A stretch of 64,000 nt of DNA from an uncultured delta proteobacterium (GTDB lineage Bacteria > Desulfobacterota > Binatia > Binatales > Binataceae), in assembly GCA_963711565.1 (NCBI GenBank), contig CAVQEQ010000004.1, positions 256,001 to 320,000 of the forward strand. The letters are read 5' to 3'. A program made the translations under genes and the position numbers. Below, in pieces: positions 1 through 10,175 of this stretch. The notes under the pieces are model-generated. The model saw only the letters and a program-made list of their open reading frames with translations. It ran no database searches and was not told where the DNA came from. Every line of letters begins with the position of its first letter. Position 1 is the stretch's first letter.

Positions 1-780
1 GGTCGCAGTCGGAGTTGGCGTCGCGGTGCCGGTTGCAGTTGTCGTCGCAGTGTCGGTCGCGGTCGGAGTAGCCGTTGGAGTCGCGCTGGCGGTGGCGGTC
101 GATGTTGGCGTCTCTGTGGTAGTCGCGGTCGTCGTTGCGGTGCCGGTCGGCGTCGCCGTTGCGGTATCAGTCACCGTCGCAGTTGCGGTGCCGGTTGCCG
201 TGACAGTTGATGTCGGAGTGTTGGTAGCCGTCACGGTCGCAGTCTGAGTCGCAGTTGGCGTATCGGTAGGTGTGGCCGTTGCGGTTGCGGTATCAGTTGT
301 AGTCGCAGTTGCACTATCGGTAGCCGTGACAGTTGATGTCGGAGTGTCGGTAGCCGTTGCGGTCGCGGTCTGAGTCGCAGTTGGCGTTGCCGTGGCAGTA
401 TCCGTGGCAGTCGCGGCTGGCGTGCCGGTCGGCGTGGCCGTTGCGGTTGCGGTGTCAGTCGCTGTTGCGGTCGCAGTGACGGTTGGTGTCGGAGTATCGG
501 TAAGTGTTGCAGTCGCGGTCTGAGTCGCAGTCGGGGTATCGGTCGCGGTTGTGGTTGCCGTGGCAGTATCCGTGGCAGTCGCGGCTGGCGTGCTGGTCGG
601 CGTGGCCGTCGCGGTATCAGTCGCTGTCGCAGTGGCAGTATCGGTAGCCGTGGCAGTTGATGTCGGAGTGTCGGTAGCCGTTGGGGTCGCGGTCTGAGTC
701 GCGGTGGGGGTATCGGTAGACACCGCGGTATCGGTTGCGGTCGCGGTTGCGGTCGCCTTGGCCGTCGGCGTTGGACTCGA
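1..780 (-). repeat. Low-complexity coding repeat, (X-Thr)n stalk ([12 protein letters not shown]...)
   Basis: 6-nt periodic sequence. Motif tctgagtcgc at 243, 369, 519, 693; a ~36-nt block is duplicated at ~390 and ~557. Confidence 0.9.
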
Positions 781-3395
781 GGACGGTATCATGGGGTTGT
801 CGAAAACTAGCACGCGATTGTTCGCCTGGTCGGCGGTGTACAGGTTGCCCGCCGGATCCATCGCTACGCCGGCCGGATGGCACATCGCGCTGGCGCTGGG
901 CGCGGGATCGCCGGGTGCGGAGTCGGCGCAGAAGCTGTCGGCGAAATCGGTGCCGCTCGCACCTTGTCCAAGGACCAGGTCGGCCGTGACGTTGCCTGTC
1001 GCCACGGGCTGGTTGTATTCGAGCACGCGATTGTTGGCTTGGTCGGCGACGATCAGGTCCCCGAAACTGTCGAGGCTGACACCGACGGGATTGCAAATTC
1101 CGGTGGCACTCGGCGGCGGCCCCGCCGAGCTCGAGCATACGTCGGTCGTTAAGCTCGCAGCGGTGCCGGCGGCGCCCTGGCCGAAAACCAGGTCCGCGGT
1201 CGTGTCACCCGCGCCAGTGATTGGATTGAACAAAGCCAGCGGTTGATTGAACTCGAGCACGCGTGAGTTGCCCGAGTCGGCGACAAACAGGTCGCCCGAC
1301 GGATCGGTAAGCAGCCCGCGCGGAGTGCATAGCGTGTTCGCGGTCGGACCGCTGCCACCGTTGCATTGGCCGGTGGTGAAAATTCCGCTCTGTCCGAACA
1401 CGTTGTCGGCGATCGTGTCGCCGGCGTTGAATTCGAGGACGCGATTATTGTTCGTATCGGATACGTACAGATTTCCCAGCCCATCTACCGTCAGACCTTC
1501 CGGCATGCACATCGTCGAGGCGTTGATAGTGCCCGGGTCCGTGCCGAGGTCGCATACGTTGGTCGTGAAACTGCCGCCTTGTCCGAACACCCGAATTGCG
1601 CTCAATCCGACGGGCGGCGAACCGCCGGCAAACGGAGCGGCGTATTCGAGCACGCGATTGTTGTCGGCGTCGGCCACATACAGATCGCCCGAAGCGTCCA
1701 CCGCCACGTCGATCGGATCGCATAGGCTGGCCGCGCCGATTCCGCCGTCGTTGCATCCGATCGAGAGGGCATCTGGCTGCCCGATGACGAGAGTGGCGGG
1801 CTCGTCGTTGGCGAATGCGCCGACGTCGGCCCATCCGAGCACGCGATTGTTGAGCGAGTCGGCGACGTAGAGGCGGTACGGCAAGCCGCCGCTGGGATCG
1901 ATCGCGAGTCCGGCCTGCCCTGCAGCGCGGACGCCGTCGGGTTGTTGACGCCGTTATGAGACAAGTCCGCTTCGCCGAGCACCAGGCTCGCCACCGGCGG
2001 AGACGCTTGCGGAGCCGTGTACTCGAGCACCCGGTTGTTCGATGCGTCCGCGACAAACACGTCGCCCAGACTGTCCAGCGCAACTCCGTCCGGCTGACAG
2101 AGAACTGATCCGCTCGGCGCGATCTCGGTGGTGCCGCCGCAGACGCCGGTGGTGAAGCTGCCGCTCTGGCCGAAGACAACGTCCGCCGTCACGTCGCCGC
2201 TACCGCCGGGCGTGCCGGGCGTTCCGCCGCCGGCGGCGAGCGGGGTCAGATATTCGAGCACGCGGCTGTTACTGATATCGGTCACGAACAAGTCGCCCGC
2301 AGCGTCGAGCGCGATTCCGCTCAAGTTGCAGAGGCCGTCCGCGCTCGTCGGATCGCCGTTGCCGTCGTAGCAGATGGAGTCGGTGAAATCGGTTCCACTC
2401 GAGCCCTGGCCGAAGACCAGGTCGGCGGTGACGTTGCCGTCGCTGCTGGTGACAGGATTGAAGGTTGTGAGCGGCTGATTGAACTCGAGCACGCGATGAT
2501 CGCCATCGTCCCCGACGTAAACATTCGCCGCGCCGTCGACGGCAACTGACAAGGGGTTGCACATCCCGACGTTGGTCGCGCTGCCGTTGTCCAGCACGCA
2601 ACTATTGTCGGTAAAGTCGATGCCGCTCGCGCCTTGTCCAAAGACGAGGTCCGCGATGGTGTCGCCCGCGCCCGTGACGGGATTGAACACTCCCAACGGC
2701 TGATTGTATTCGAGCACGCGGCTATTGCCCGCGTCGGCGACGTAAAGATTGTTGTTCGAATCGGATGCGACGCCCTGCGGAGAACACAGGCCCGCCGCCG
2801 TCTGCGCACATACGGTCTGGGTGAAGCTGCCGCCTTGACCGAACACGACATTGGCCGCAAAGCCGGCGCTGATCGCCTGCGTGAACGGCAGATTGTATTC
2901 GAGCACGCGATTGTTGCTCGTGTCCGCAACGTAGAGATTGCCCGCGCTATCGACCGCAACTCCGCCGGGCAGGCACAGACTGTCCGCGCCAAGGCCCGCG
3001 ACGTCGGCGAGCGCGGTGCCGCTATTGCACCGCGTGGTCTGAAAATCGGGTTGGCCGATCTCGATGTCCGCATTCTGGCCGTTGGTGAAGCTGTTGGCGT
3101 CATTCCAGCCCAGCACGCGGTTGTTGCTGCCGTCTACGACATACAGATGCTCGGGCGAGCTGTTCAGATCGACCGCCATCTGGCTCGGCGAATTGAGACT
3201 CGCCGCGCCGGGGTTGTTGATTCCGTTGTGCGCGAAGTCGATTTGTCCGAGCACCGCATCCGCGATGTAATCGCCGGTCGCCGCCGGCAACGCCGTCACC
3301 ATGAACAGGGCGACGATTGATACGACCGCGATAGTGCCGAGACGGATGCTGGAAAATGTGCGCGACGGTTTTCGTGCGGGCATGCTGTTCTCCAT
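1..3395 (-). CDS. Large secreted NHL-repeat (2 x 6-blade beta-propeller) surface protein with Thr/Ala/Pro-rich stalk; one frameshift near 1919; 3' end runs off the window
   Basis: ORF 1602..3443 has a signal peptide and six 'LC.P.G.A.D..G.LYVAD..N.RVLEY' repeats. Six more repeats continue in another frame from ~1917 with no stop down to base 1. Start ATG 3395 or 3383. Confidence 0.85.
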
Positions 3396-3625
3396 CAGTC
3401 GCCGCACGATCGATTCGACCTGCCGCAGCGAGACGACATTCAAGCAGTGTCGTGCCCGCGCAATAGCGAGGTAAGTGGGATGACAATTTGTGCCTAAACA
3501 TACTGCCGCGCGAACGCCGCGGCGCGTCGCGGAGCGGAGCCACCTTCGTTAGCGTGGAGTAGGGCGAGGAGATTCGGCGGGCGCATCTTGATGGGTCGAA
3601 AAGCGCCCGTCACCGCGACATTCTG

Positions 3626-5143
3626 CTACCCGCCGGTGGGAAGGGGAGATGCTCGCACCGCACGTTCGAACGCCCAGCCGCGAATGTGGTTGATCTGTTC
3701 CTTCATGGTTTGCGCCAGCGGAACCACCTCGCCGGCGGCCTGGAAAAGATCCTGCTCCGTAACCTCGAGGTCCTTCAGGCGTGCCTTGGTCAGTGCCGAT
3801 ACTACAGCCTGCTCGATCTCGGCGCCGGTCCAGCCCTTCATAAAGGCCGCCAACCGTTCGAGATTAAACTTGGACGCGTCGATTTCACGGCGGCCCAGGT
3901 GAATCTTCAGGATATCGACCCGTTCAGGAACCAGCGGCAGGTCGACGAAGAAAACCTCGTCGAAGCGTCCTTTGCGAATCATCTCGGCCGGCAGCAGGTC
4001 GATTCGGTTTGCGGTGGCGGCGACAAACAGCCCGCGCGCCTTCTCCTGCATCCAGGTCAGAAAGAAAGCGAAGATACGGCCCTGCTCGCCGCCCGGGTCT
4101 CCCGAAGTAATCCCCATCTCGATCTCGTCGAACCAGACCACGGCGGGCGTCATGTCCTCGAGCGTCTTGCAGGCCTGGACGAATGCGCCCTCGGGCTGCC
4201 CATGCCTGCCGGAGAAGACCTCGATCATGTCGATTCGATAGAGCGGCAGCTCGAAGCTCGAGGCGATAGCTTTGACGCACAGGCTCTTGCCACAGCCCGG
4301 GATGCCCATGATGAGCACGCCCTTGGGCACGATGTCGGTGCTCAGGCTCTCGCGCAGCTGAAATAGTTTGCGCCGTTCGAGCAGCCACTGCTTGAGGCGA
4401 TCGAGGCCGCCGACCTCCCCGATATTCGTGCCGTCGGCAAAGTATTCGATGACGCCGCCGCGATTGACCAGCAGGCGCTTCTCCTCGAGCAAGGCGGGCA
4501 ACGACTCGCGGCCGAGGCTTCGGTTCACTGCAAGAGCGCGGCGTATCGCATGTCGCGCCTCCTGCAGCGTTACTCCCTGCAGGGCTCGCGCGAGCGTGTG
4601 CAAGGTTTCGTCGCCCACCTCGGGCGCCGAGAGTTGCTGAGCCTCGCTCCGCAGAAGCTCGACCAGTTCGATCAGATCAGGCGGCCGGAGTTCGAGATAT
4701 AAAATGTCCCGCTCGATTTCCTCGGGAACGAATCGCACCGGCGAGCTGATGACGACGAACTTCCGTTGATAGAGACAGCTTTCGTACAGGTCTCGAAGAC
4801 GGCGCCTGACCTCCGGCGATTCGCGCAACGGCTCGTGAAAGTCCTTGAGATGGAAGATGGCGGCGTCCGTGTGGGCGGCGATGAAGTCCAGAGCCTCGCG
4901 AGGCTCCAGCGTGCCGGCCTGCGCCACGCCGTCATCGCGAAGCAATCCTTGGGTGAGGCTCCAGGTCCAAACCGGCACCGGTGCGGATTCTTGCAACGTC
5001 CGGCCGACCTCGCGCAGCACCCTTGCGATTCGCTGCTCTTCGGCGGATCGGATGTAAATAAGCGGCCGTCCGGATTGGAAGACCTCGCGCAGCAACTTTA
5101 CCGTGCGGCTCTCAACCGGCTGAGACTTTATAGAATCATTCAT
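3626..5143 (-). CDS. AAA+ ATPase, Ycf46-like
   Basis: Degenerate N-terminal AAA (LKDFH) plus Walker A GIPGCGKS, Walker B VWFDEIE, ATANR sensor, RKGRFD arginine finger. Confidence 0.85.
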   Translation of the reverse strand: MNDSIKSQPVESRTVKLLREVFQSGRPLIYIRSAEEQRIARVLREVGRTLQESAPVPVWTWSLTQGLLRDDGVAQAGTLEPREALDFIAAHTDAAIFHLKDFHEPLRESPEVRRRLRDLYESCLYQRKFVVISSPVRFVPEEIERDILYLELRPPDLIELVELLRSEAQQLSAPEVGDETLHTLARALQGVTLQEARHAIRRALAVNRSLGRESLPALLEEKRLLVNRGGVIEYFADGTNIGEVGGLDRLKQWLLERRKLFQLRESLSTDIVPKGVLIMGIPGCGKSLCVKAIASSFELPLYRIDMIEVFSGRHGQPEGAFVQACKTLEDMTPAVVWFDEIEMGITSGDPGGEQGRIFAFFLTWMQEKARGLFVAATANRIDLLPAEMIRKGRFDEVFFVDLPLVPERVDILKIHLGRREIDASKFNLERLAAFMKGWTGAEIEQAVVSALTKARLKDLEVTEQDLFQAAGEVVPLAQTMKEQINHIRGWAFERAVRASPLPTGG

Positions 5144-5220
5144 ATGACAATAGCGGAGAGTGGCGAACCTGCGAGCGACCCTTCGGCAATCCTCAGATTA
5201 TATATGTAACTCGCGCCGAT

Positions 5221-5238
5221 TACTCCGCGGCCGCCACC
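5221..5238 (+). repeat. 18-bp direct repeat, copy 1 (tactccgcggccgccacc)
   Basis: Identical to 5584-5601. Confidence 0.9.
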
Positions 5239-5242
5239 TGCG

Positions 5243-5521
5243 TCACGCCGGCGGCGGATGAGCTGGTGGATGCCCTTCTTGCGGAGGGGCGCCGCCCCAG
5301 ATCAAAACGTCGGGGCAGAGGTCGGCACCGTTTGGCCATACCACCGTTCCTCCCTCTACTCGGACTTTCGCGAAGTCCGCCTGCTCCTTTCGGATAGGCT
5401 CAAATACTGGGCCGACCAGCAACTGCGACACATCGCGCTCGATGACAGAGCCATCGGTCAGCGTCAGCCTTAATTTGAAGTCTCCAGGAACTTCCACCTC
5501 GCGAATACGCAAAAGCGCCAT
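5243..5521 (-). CDS. DUF2442-like protein (TA-type module component), solo
   Basis: 92 aa from ATG 5521 with AAGGTGG RBS; LRLTLTDG...GPVFEP...GTVVWPNGADLCPDVL is typical of the family. Confidence 0.8.
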   Translation of the reverse strand: MALLRIREVEVPGDFKLRLTLTDGSVIERDVSQLLVGPVFEPIRKEQADFAKVRVEGGTVVWPNGADLCPDVLIWGGAPPQEGHPPAHPPPA

Positions 5522-5582
5522 ATACTTCCACCTTAAGCTGAATCGCGCGCTTGAATAATGTGTCACCAAGTTCGCCTCGCAT

Positions 5583-6476
5583 CTACTCCGCGGCCGCCAC
5601 CGGGATGAAGCCGATCGTGCCATTCTTGAGTTTGATCTGCAGATAGTCGCCCGCGATGCCCGTCACGTGGACGTATTTCTTGCGGCGCACCTGGCCGACG
5701 GTTGAGCTGGTCGTGTCGGGATTCTGATACACCGGCGAATTTTTGGTCAGCAGGAAAAGCTTGTTGAGCGGCTTGACCTGCGGCGCTGCCGCTCCGGCTG
5801 CCGACGCCGTTGTCGTCGCGGGCGCCTCCGCCGGCAGTGTGGCAGCGGTGGTCGCGACGGGCGCGGGCAGCAGCTTGACGTTGAGTGCTCGCACCTCGTC
5901 GAATTCAGCGTTGGCTTCGGCCGCGCGATCCGGCTCCGTCGCCAGCAGATTCGCCAAGGCCAGATGGGCCTTCGCGTTTTTGGGACTTAGCCCGATTGCG
6001 GTGCGAATTTGATCCTCGGCCTCTGCCGTCTTGCCTTCCTGTCTTAGCACCTCACCTAAATCGAGATGGTAGCTGTCGCGGTCCGGCTCGAGCGCGACTG
6101 CGGCGCGGTATTGATTCTCCGCGAGTCCGCGCTGGCTCTGATCGTTGTACAGGTTGCCGAGCGCGACATGGGTCGCCGCGTTTTTGGGATCGATCTCGAG
6201 CACCTTCATGAACTCGACTTGCGCGTCGCCCGGCTTGTGCTCGAAGATGTAGAGGTTTCCGAGCGCAATATGGACTCGCGGGTCGTTCGGCGCGATTTTC
6301 ACCGCCTGTTGGTAAGCTGTCTCCGCGTCGGCCAGCTTGGTCGCCTGCATATCAGCGTCGCCCTCGGCCAGAAGATCGTCGGGGGACGTGTGATGGCATC
6401 CCGCAACTATCAGGATCATCGCTCCGGCCACGATCATGGCGCCGCTCTGGTTGATTAGGCTTCGCTTCCCCATCAT
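5583..6476 (-). CDS. TPR lipoprotein with C-terminal SH3b-like domain
   Basis: Lipobox IVAGC, several TPR motifs (AVKIAPNDPRVHIALGNLY), Ala/Pro linker, VYQNPD...GTIGFI SH3b-like tail. Confidence 0.8.
   Translation of the reverse strand: MMGKRSLINQSGAMIVAGAMILIVAGCHHTSPDDLLAEGDADMQATKLADAETAYQQAVKIAPNDPRVHIALGNLYIFEHKPGDAQVEFMKVLEIDPKNAATHVALGNLYNDQSQRGLAENQYRAAVALEPDRDSYHLDLGEVLRQEGKTAEAEDQIRTAIGLSPKNAKAHLALANLLATEPDRAAEANAEFDEVRALNVKLLPAPVATTAATLPAEAPATTTASAAGAAAPQVKPLNKLFLLTKNSPVYQNPDTTSSTVGQVRRKKYVHVTGIAGDYLQIKLKNGTIGFIPVAAAE
5584..5601 (+). repeat. 18-bp direct repeat, copy 2 (3' end of the TPR-SH3 gene)
   Basis: Encodes VAAAE-stop on the minus strand; identical to 5221-5238. Confidence 0.9.
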
Positions 6477-6580
6477 CGTTGAGATTCCTCCAGGAAACAG
6501 TCCAACTATTCTACCGCGTACTGAGATTCAGCGCCTCTTCCCCAAAACTTCCTAACAGGGACGAAGTCCCGCATCTTAGT

Positions 6581-6657
6581 ACTGAGTGCAGGGGTCACCC
6601 CGGCCCAGGGAAGCGTGAAACACACGGTGGGTTTCACAATAAATCAAGTGATTTCAC
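6581..6657 (+). repeat. 77-bp two-hairpin element (family A), copy 1
   Basis: actgagtgcaggggtcacccc...gtgaaacacacggtgggtttcac...caagtgatttcac; close match to 11105-11181. Confidence 0.9.
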
Positions 6658-6710
6658 TTGCCGAGATGCCCTTTGGATTGCTCGCGCTCGTTGGGCTATA
6701 AAGAAACGCC

Positions 6711-7355
6711 GTGCGCTTTATCCTGATTGCCGCCAAGCAGCTCGAATTTGCCAAGACCCGGCTCGCGCCGCTCCTGCCTCCCGGCGAGCGCCGCGCTCTG
6801 GCCGAGGCGATGTTTCGCGACGTGCTGGCCGCCGCGCTCGGCGCCACCGCTCCAGACCACGTCGCCGTAGTGACTTCCGACGCCGGGATGCTTGCGATGG
6901 CGCGCTCGGCCGGCGCTCTGCTGATCGACGAGGAATTTCCACGCGGCCTCAACGTTGCCGTCGCGCTCGGCACCTCCGCCTTGATTGCCCAGGGCGCGCA
7001 GACCGTCTGCACCCTGCTGTCCGACATCCCGCTCGTTGTCGCCGAAGATATCGACGCGGTCTTTGCCGCGATGCCCGCCGGACGCGGCGCGGTGCTGGTT
7101 CCCTCGCGCGACTTCTCCGGCACCAACATTATATGCCGCTCACCCGCCGACGCCGTGCCAACTCGCTTCGGCCGCATGAGCCTGGTGCGCCATCTGGACG
7201 ATTGCCGCACTGCCGACGTTCCAGCTAGAGTGCTGCGACTTACGCGGCCCGCGCTGGATCTCGACGTGATCGCCGATCTCGCCGAGTTCGAGCGTGCAGC
7301 GTCCGGCACCCATACTCAAAACCAGTTGGCCCGGCTCGGGATTGCTCACCACTAA
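6711..7355 (+). CDS. cofC: 2-phospho-L-lactate guanylyltransferase (F420 biosynthesis)
   Basis: AKTRLAPLL, ERRALAEAMFRDVL, GLNVA, SDIPL, GTN, LDLD motifs. Confidence 0.88.
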   Translation: MRFILIAAKQLEFAKTRLAPLLPPGERRALAEAMFRDVLAAALGATAPDHVAVVTSDAGMLAMARSAGALLIDEEFPRGLNVAVALGTSALIAQGAQTVCTLLSDIPLVVAEDIDAVFAAMPAGRGAVLVPSRDFSGTNIICRSPADAVPTRFGRMSLVRHLDDCRTADVPARVLRLTRPALDLDVIADLAEFERAASGTHTQNQLARLGIAHH

Positions 7356-7358
7356 AAA

Positions 7359-8150
7359 TTGAAAAACGGACTGATGTCGATCGTTGGAATGATTGAGCGG
7401 CTCGGCGCGCTTGTGCTCGACGGCATCGTCCGCCTCGGCGCGTTCGTGCTCTTTCTGCTCAACGCGGTGTTCTACGTGTTCCTGCCGCCCTTCAAGCCGC
7501 GCCTGTGGATCAGGCAGATACGGATCATCGGTGCCGATTCGCTTTTTCTGATCATCTTGATCGGCGGATTCACCGGCATGGTGCTCGGCCTGCAGGGCTA
7601 CAACACGCTGCGCCGCTTCGGCTCGGACGGCGCGCTCGGCACGGTCGTCGCCCTCGTGCTGGTGCGCGAGCTTGGTCCCGTGCTGGCCGCCATCATGATC
7701 ACGGCGCGCGCCGGTTCCGCGATGGCCGCCGAGCTCGGCTCGATGCAGTCCACGGAACAAATCGACGCGCTCACCGTCATGGCCATCAACCCCGTGCAGT
7801 ACCTGGTCTCGCCGCGGATGCTGGCGGGGGTGATCAGTTTCCCGCTGCTGACCTCGATCTTCGACGTGGTCGGAATCTTCGGTGGTTACATGGTCGGCGT
7901 CGGCCTGATGGGCGCGCCGTCGGGGGCCTACTTCAACGGTATCGCCGCCAACATGAGCGGCCACGACATCATGACCGGCCTCTACAAAGCGCTGCTGTTC
8001 GGCGTGATCGTAATGTGGGTCTGTTGCTACAAGGGATATCACGCCGAGCGGATGGCGACCGGGGTCAGCCGCGCCACCACTGAAGCGGTCGTACTGTCGA
8101 GCGTGCTGATTCTTGCTTTCGACTATTTTCTCACGTCGATACTTTTGTGA
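7359..8150 (+). CDS. mlaE: MlaE-family ABC permease
   Basis: RELGPVLAAI..ARAGSAMAAELGSM..TEQIDAL; alternative start ATG 7374. Confidence 0.92.
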   Translation: MKNGLMSIVGMIERLGALVLDGIVRLGAFVLFLLNAVFYVFLPPFKPRLWIRQIRIIGADSLFLIILIGGFTGMVLGLQGYNTLRRFGSDGALGTVVALVLVRELGPVLAAIMITARAGSAMAAELGSMQSTEQIDALTVMAINPVQYLVSPRMLAGVISFPLLTSIFDVVGIFGGYMVGVGLMGAPSGAYFNGIAANMSGHDIMTGLYKALLFGVIVMWVCCYKGYHAERMATGVSRATTEAVVLSSVLILAFDYFLTSILL

Positions 8151-8179
8151 TAACGCGTATCGATTCGATTTGATGAATC

Positions 8180-8974
8180 ATGAGCCAACCTGAGACCAAC
8201 CATACTGACGGCAACGCGATCGAAGTGCGCGATCTTCGCCGCCGCTTCGGCCACCAGCAGGTGCTCGAAGGCGTCACCCTCGATTTTCCCGCCGGCAAGA
8301 TTACGACCATCGTCGGCCCCAGCGGCTCCGGCAAGACCGTCCTGCTCAAGCATCTTAACCTGCTGCTGCGGCCCGATTCCGGCACAATCGTGTTCGACGG
8401 CATCGACGTAACGAAGCTGGGCTCGACCGGCCTGGACGCGGTGCGCGAGAAGTTCGGGATGCTCTTTCAGGCCGGCGCGCTGTTCGACTCGATGTCGGTA
8501 TTCGACAACGTCTCGTTCCCGCTGGTCGAGAAAACAAAACTCTCACGCGTCGAGATCGCCGAGCGCGTGCATGAAACGCTCAAGGCGGTCGGGCTCGAAG
8601 GCATGGAAGCCAAGTTCCCGTCCGAAATGAGTGGCGGGATGCAGAAACGCGCGGCTCTCGCGCGCGCATTGGTGCGCCGTCCGAAGATTCTCATGCTCGA
8701 CGAGCCGACCACCGGCCTCGATCCCTCGCGGACCGGCGCGATTCACGACCTCATCCGCCGCACGCAGGAGAATTTTCATCTGACCGCTGTCATGGTCAGT
8801 CACGACGTGCCCGCCGTCTTCCAGGTTTCCGACCGGGTCGCGTTTCTCCATAATGGCCGCACTCATCTCAATGGCACCGTGGCTGAGGTGATGGCGTCCG
8901 GCGACAACGTCTTCAAGCGCTTTCTGGCTGGCAAAGCATCCGGCGAGGAGAATGAATTAGCCTCCGCGGGCTGA
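8180..8974 (+). CDS. mlaF: MlaF-family ABC ATPase
   Basis: GPSGSGKT, FQAGALFDSM, SGGMQKR, DEPTTGLD. Confidence 0.92.
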   Translation: MSQPETNHTDGNAIEVRDLRRRFGHQQVLEGVTLDFPAGKITTIVGPSGSGKTVLLKHLNLLLRPDSGTIVFDGIDVTKLGSTGLDAVREKFGMLFQAGALFDSMSVFDNVSFPLVEKTKLSRVEIAERVHETLKAVGLEGMEAKFPSEMSGGMQKRAALARALVRRPKILMLDEPTTGLDPSRTGAIHDLIRRTQENFHLTAVMVSHDVPAVFQVSDRVAFLHNGRTHLNGTVAEVMASGDNVFKRFLAGKASGEENELASAG

Positions 8975-8985
8975 AACGAACACTT

Positions 8986-9495
8986 ATGTACGCAAGTCGA
9001 ACCACGCAGTTTATCGTCGGGATCTTCGCCATTCTCGGGATTGCCGCGCTCGCGGTTTTGTCTCTGTCGCTGGGCAAGATCTCAATCTTCCCCGCGCCCG
9101 GCTACACCCTCTACGCAAGTTTCGATAATATTTCAGGCTTGAAGACCGGTGATCAGGTTCAGCTCGACGGCGTGCAGATCGGCAAAGTGGTGCATATAGG
9201 TCTCAAGGACATGCGCGCGCGGGTTGCCCTGCGGGTGGACCAGGGCGTGCAGATCGACACGGACGCGATCGCTTCCGTCAAGACCAGCGGAATAATCGGC
9301 GACAAGTACATCTCCATCGCGCTCGGCCCCAGCGAACACATCCTCGGCAACGGTGATACGATTCGGCAAACCCAGTCGGCATTCGTGCTCGAGGACGCCA
9401 TCGGCCAGCTAATCAACAATTCCGGCAGTAGCGGAGACAAGGATAAATCCTCAGATTCAGACAAGGACCAGAAGCCCGCAAAATCGGAGAAGTAA
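8986..9495 (+). CDS. mlaD: MlaD (MCE domain) protein
   Basis: N-terminal TM; FDNISGLK..V.LDGVQIGKV; GIIGDKYI. Confidence 0.92.
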   Translation: MYASRTTQFIVGIFAILGIAALAVLSLSLGKISIFPAPGYTLYASFDNISGLKTGDQVQLDGVQIGKVVHIGLKDMRARVALRVDQGVQIDTDAIASVKTSGIIGDKYISIALGPSEHILGNGDTIRQTQSAFVLEDAIGQLINNSGSSGDKDKSSDSDKDQKPAKSEK

Positions 9496-9501
9496 CCGCG
9501 A

Positions 9502-10170
9502 ATGAAACTTATGATGACGCCACGTTCCATCCCTCGAATTCCGCAACGACGCTCGCTCGCGATACTCACGTTGACCGCCGCGCTGCTCGTCAGCCTCGCC
9601 CCGTCCCGCTTCATCGCACCCGCGTGGGCCGACGATCCAATGAGCGTCGTGCAGGGCACCGTCAATGAGGCCCTCGCCGTGCTCCGCGACACTCAAACGC
9701 CGCTGGCCCAGCGCCAGGACAAGCTCCGGCAGATCGTCTCCGGCACCTTCGATTTCACCGAGATGGCCAAGTCGGCACTCGGCTATCATTGGAAGCAGAT
9801 CACCCCCGCTCAGCAGCAGGAGTTCACCGCCGCTTTCGTCGCCTTCATCGAGGATTCCTACCTGAGCAAAATTAACGAGTACAACGGCCAGCAGGTGAAC
9901 TTCCTGCGAGCCACCAACGACGGCGCGCAATATTCCGAGGTCAATACCGACATCACGCAGCCCAAGGGCGAACCGATCCACGTGAACTACCGCCTGCTGC
10001 AGGAGGGCGGCACCTGGAAGATCTACAACGTCACCGTTGACGCCATCAGTATCATCGCGAACTACCGCAACCAGTTTAATCGCGTCATGAACAACAGCGG
10101 CTACGAGACTCTTATCAGTGATTTGAAGAGTAAGCAGGCCGCCCTTGCCGCAAGTCTGGCGAATCACTAA
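9502..10170 (+). CDS. mlaC: MlaC/Ttg2D phospholipid-binding protein
   Basis: Signal peptide; FDFTEMAKSALG.HW; WKIYNV..DAISIIANYRNQF. Confidence 0.9.
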   Translation: MKLMMTPRSIPRIPQRRSLAILTLTAALLVSLAPSRFIAPAWADDPMSVVQGTVNEALAVLRDTQTPLAQRQDKLRQIVSGTFDFTEMAKSALGYHWKQITPAQQQEFTAAFVAFIEDSYLSKINEYNGQQVNFLRATNDGAQYSEVNTDITQPKGEPIHVNYRLLQEGGTWKIYNVTVDAISIIANYRNQFNRVMNNSGYETLISDLKSKQAALAASLANH

Positions 10171-10175
10171 CAGGT

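Noticed and set aside
243-702. Stalk motif spacings of 126, 150 and 174 nt, rising by 24
   Set aside because: Three intervals in a 6-nt periodic region; explained by slippage and chance.
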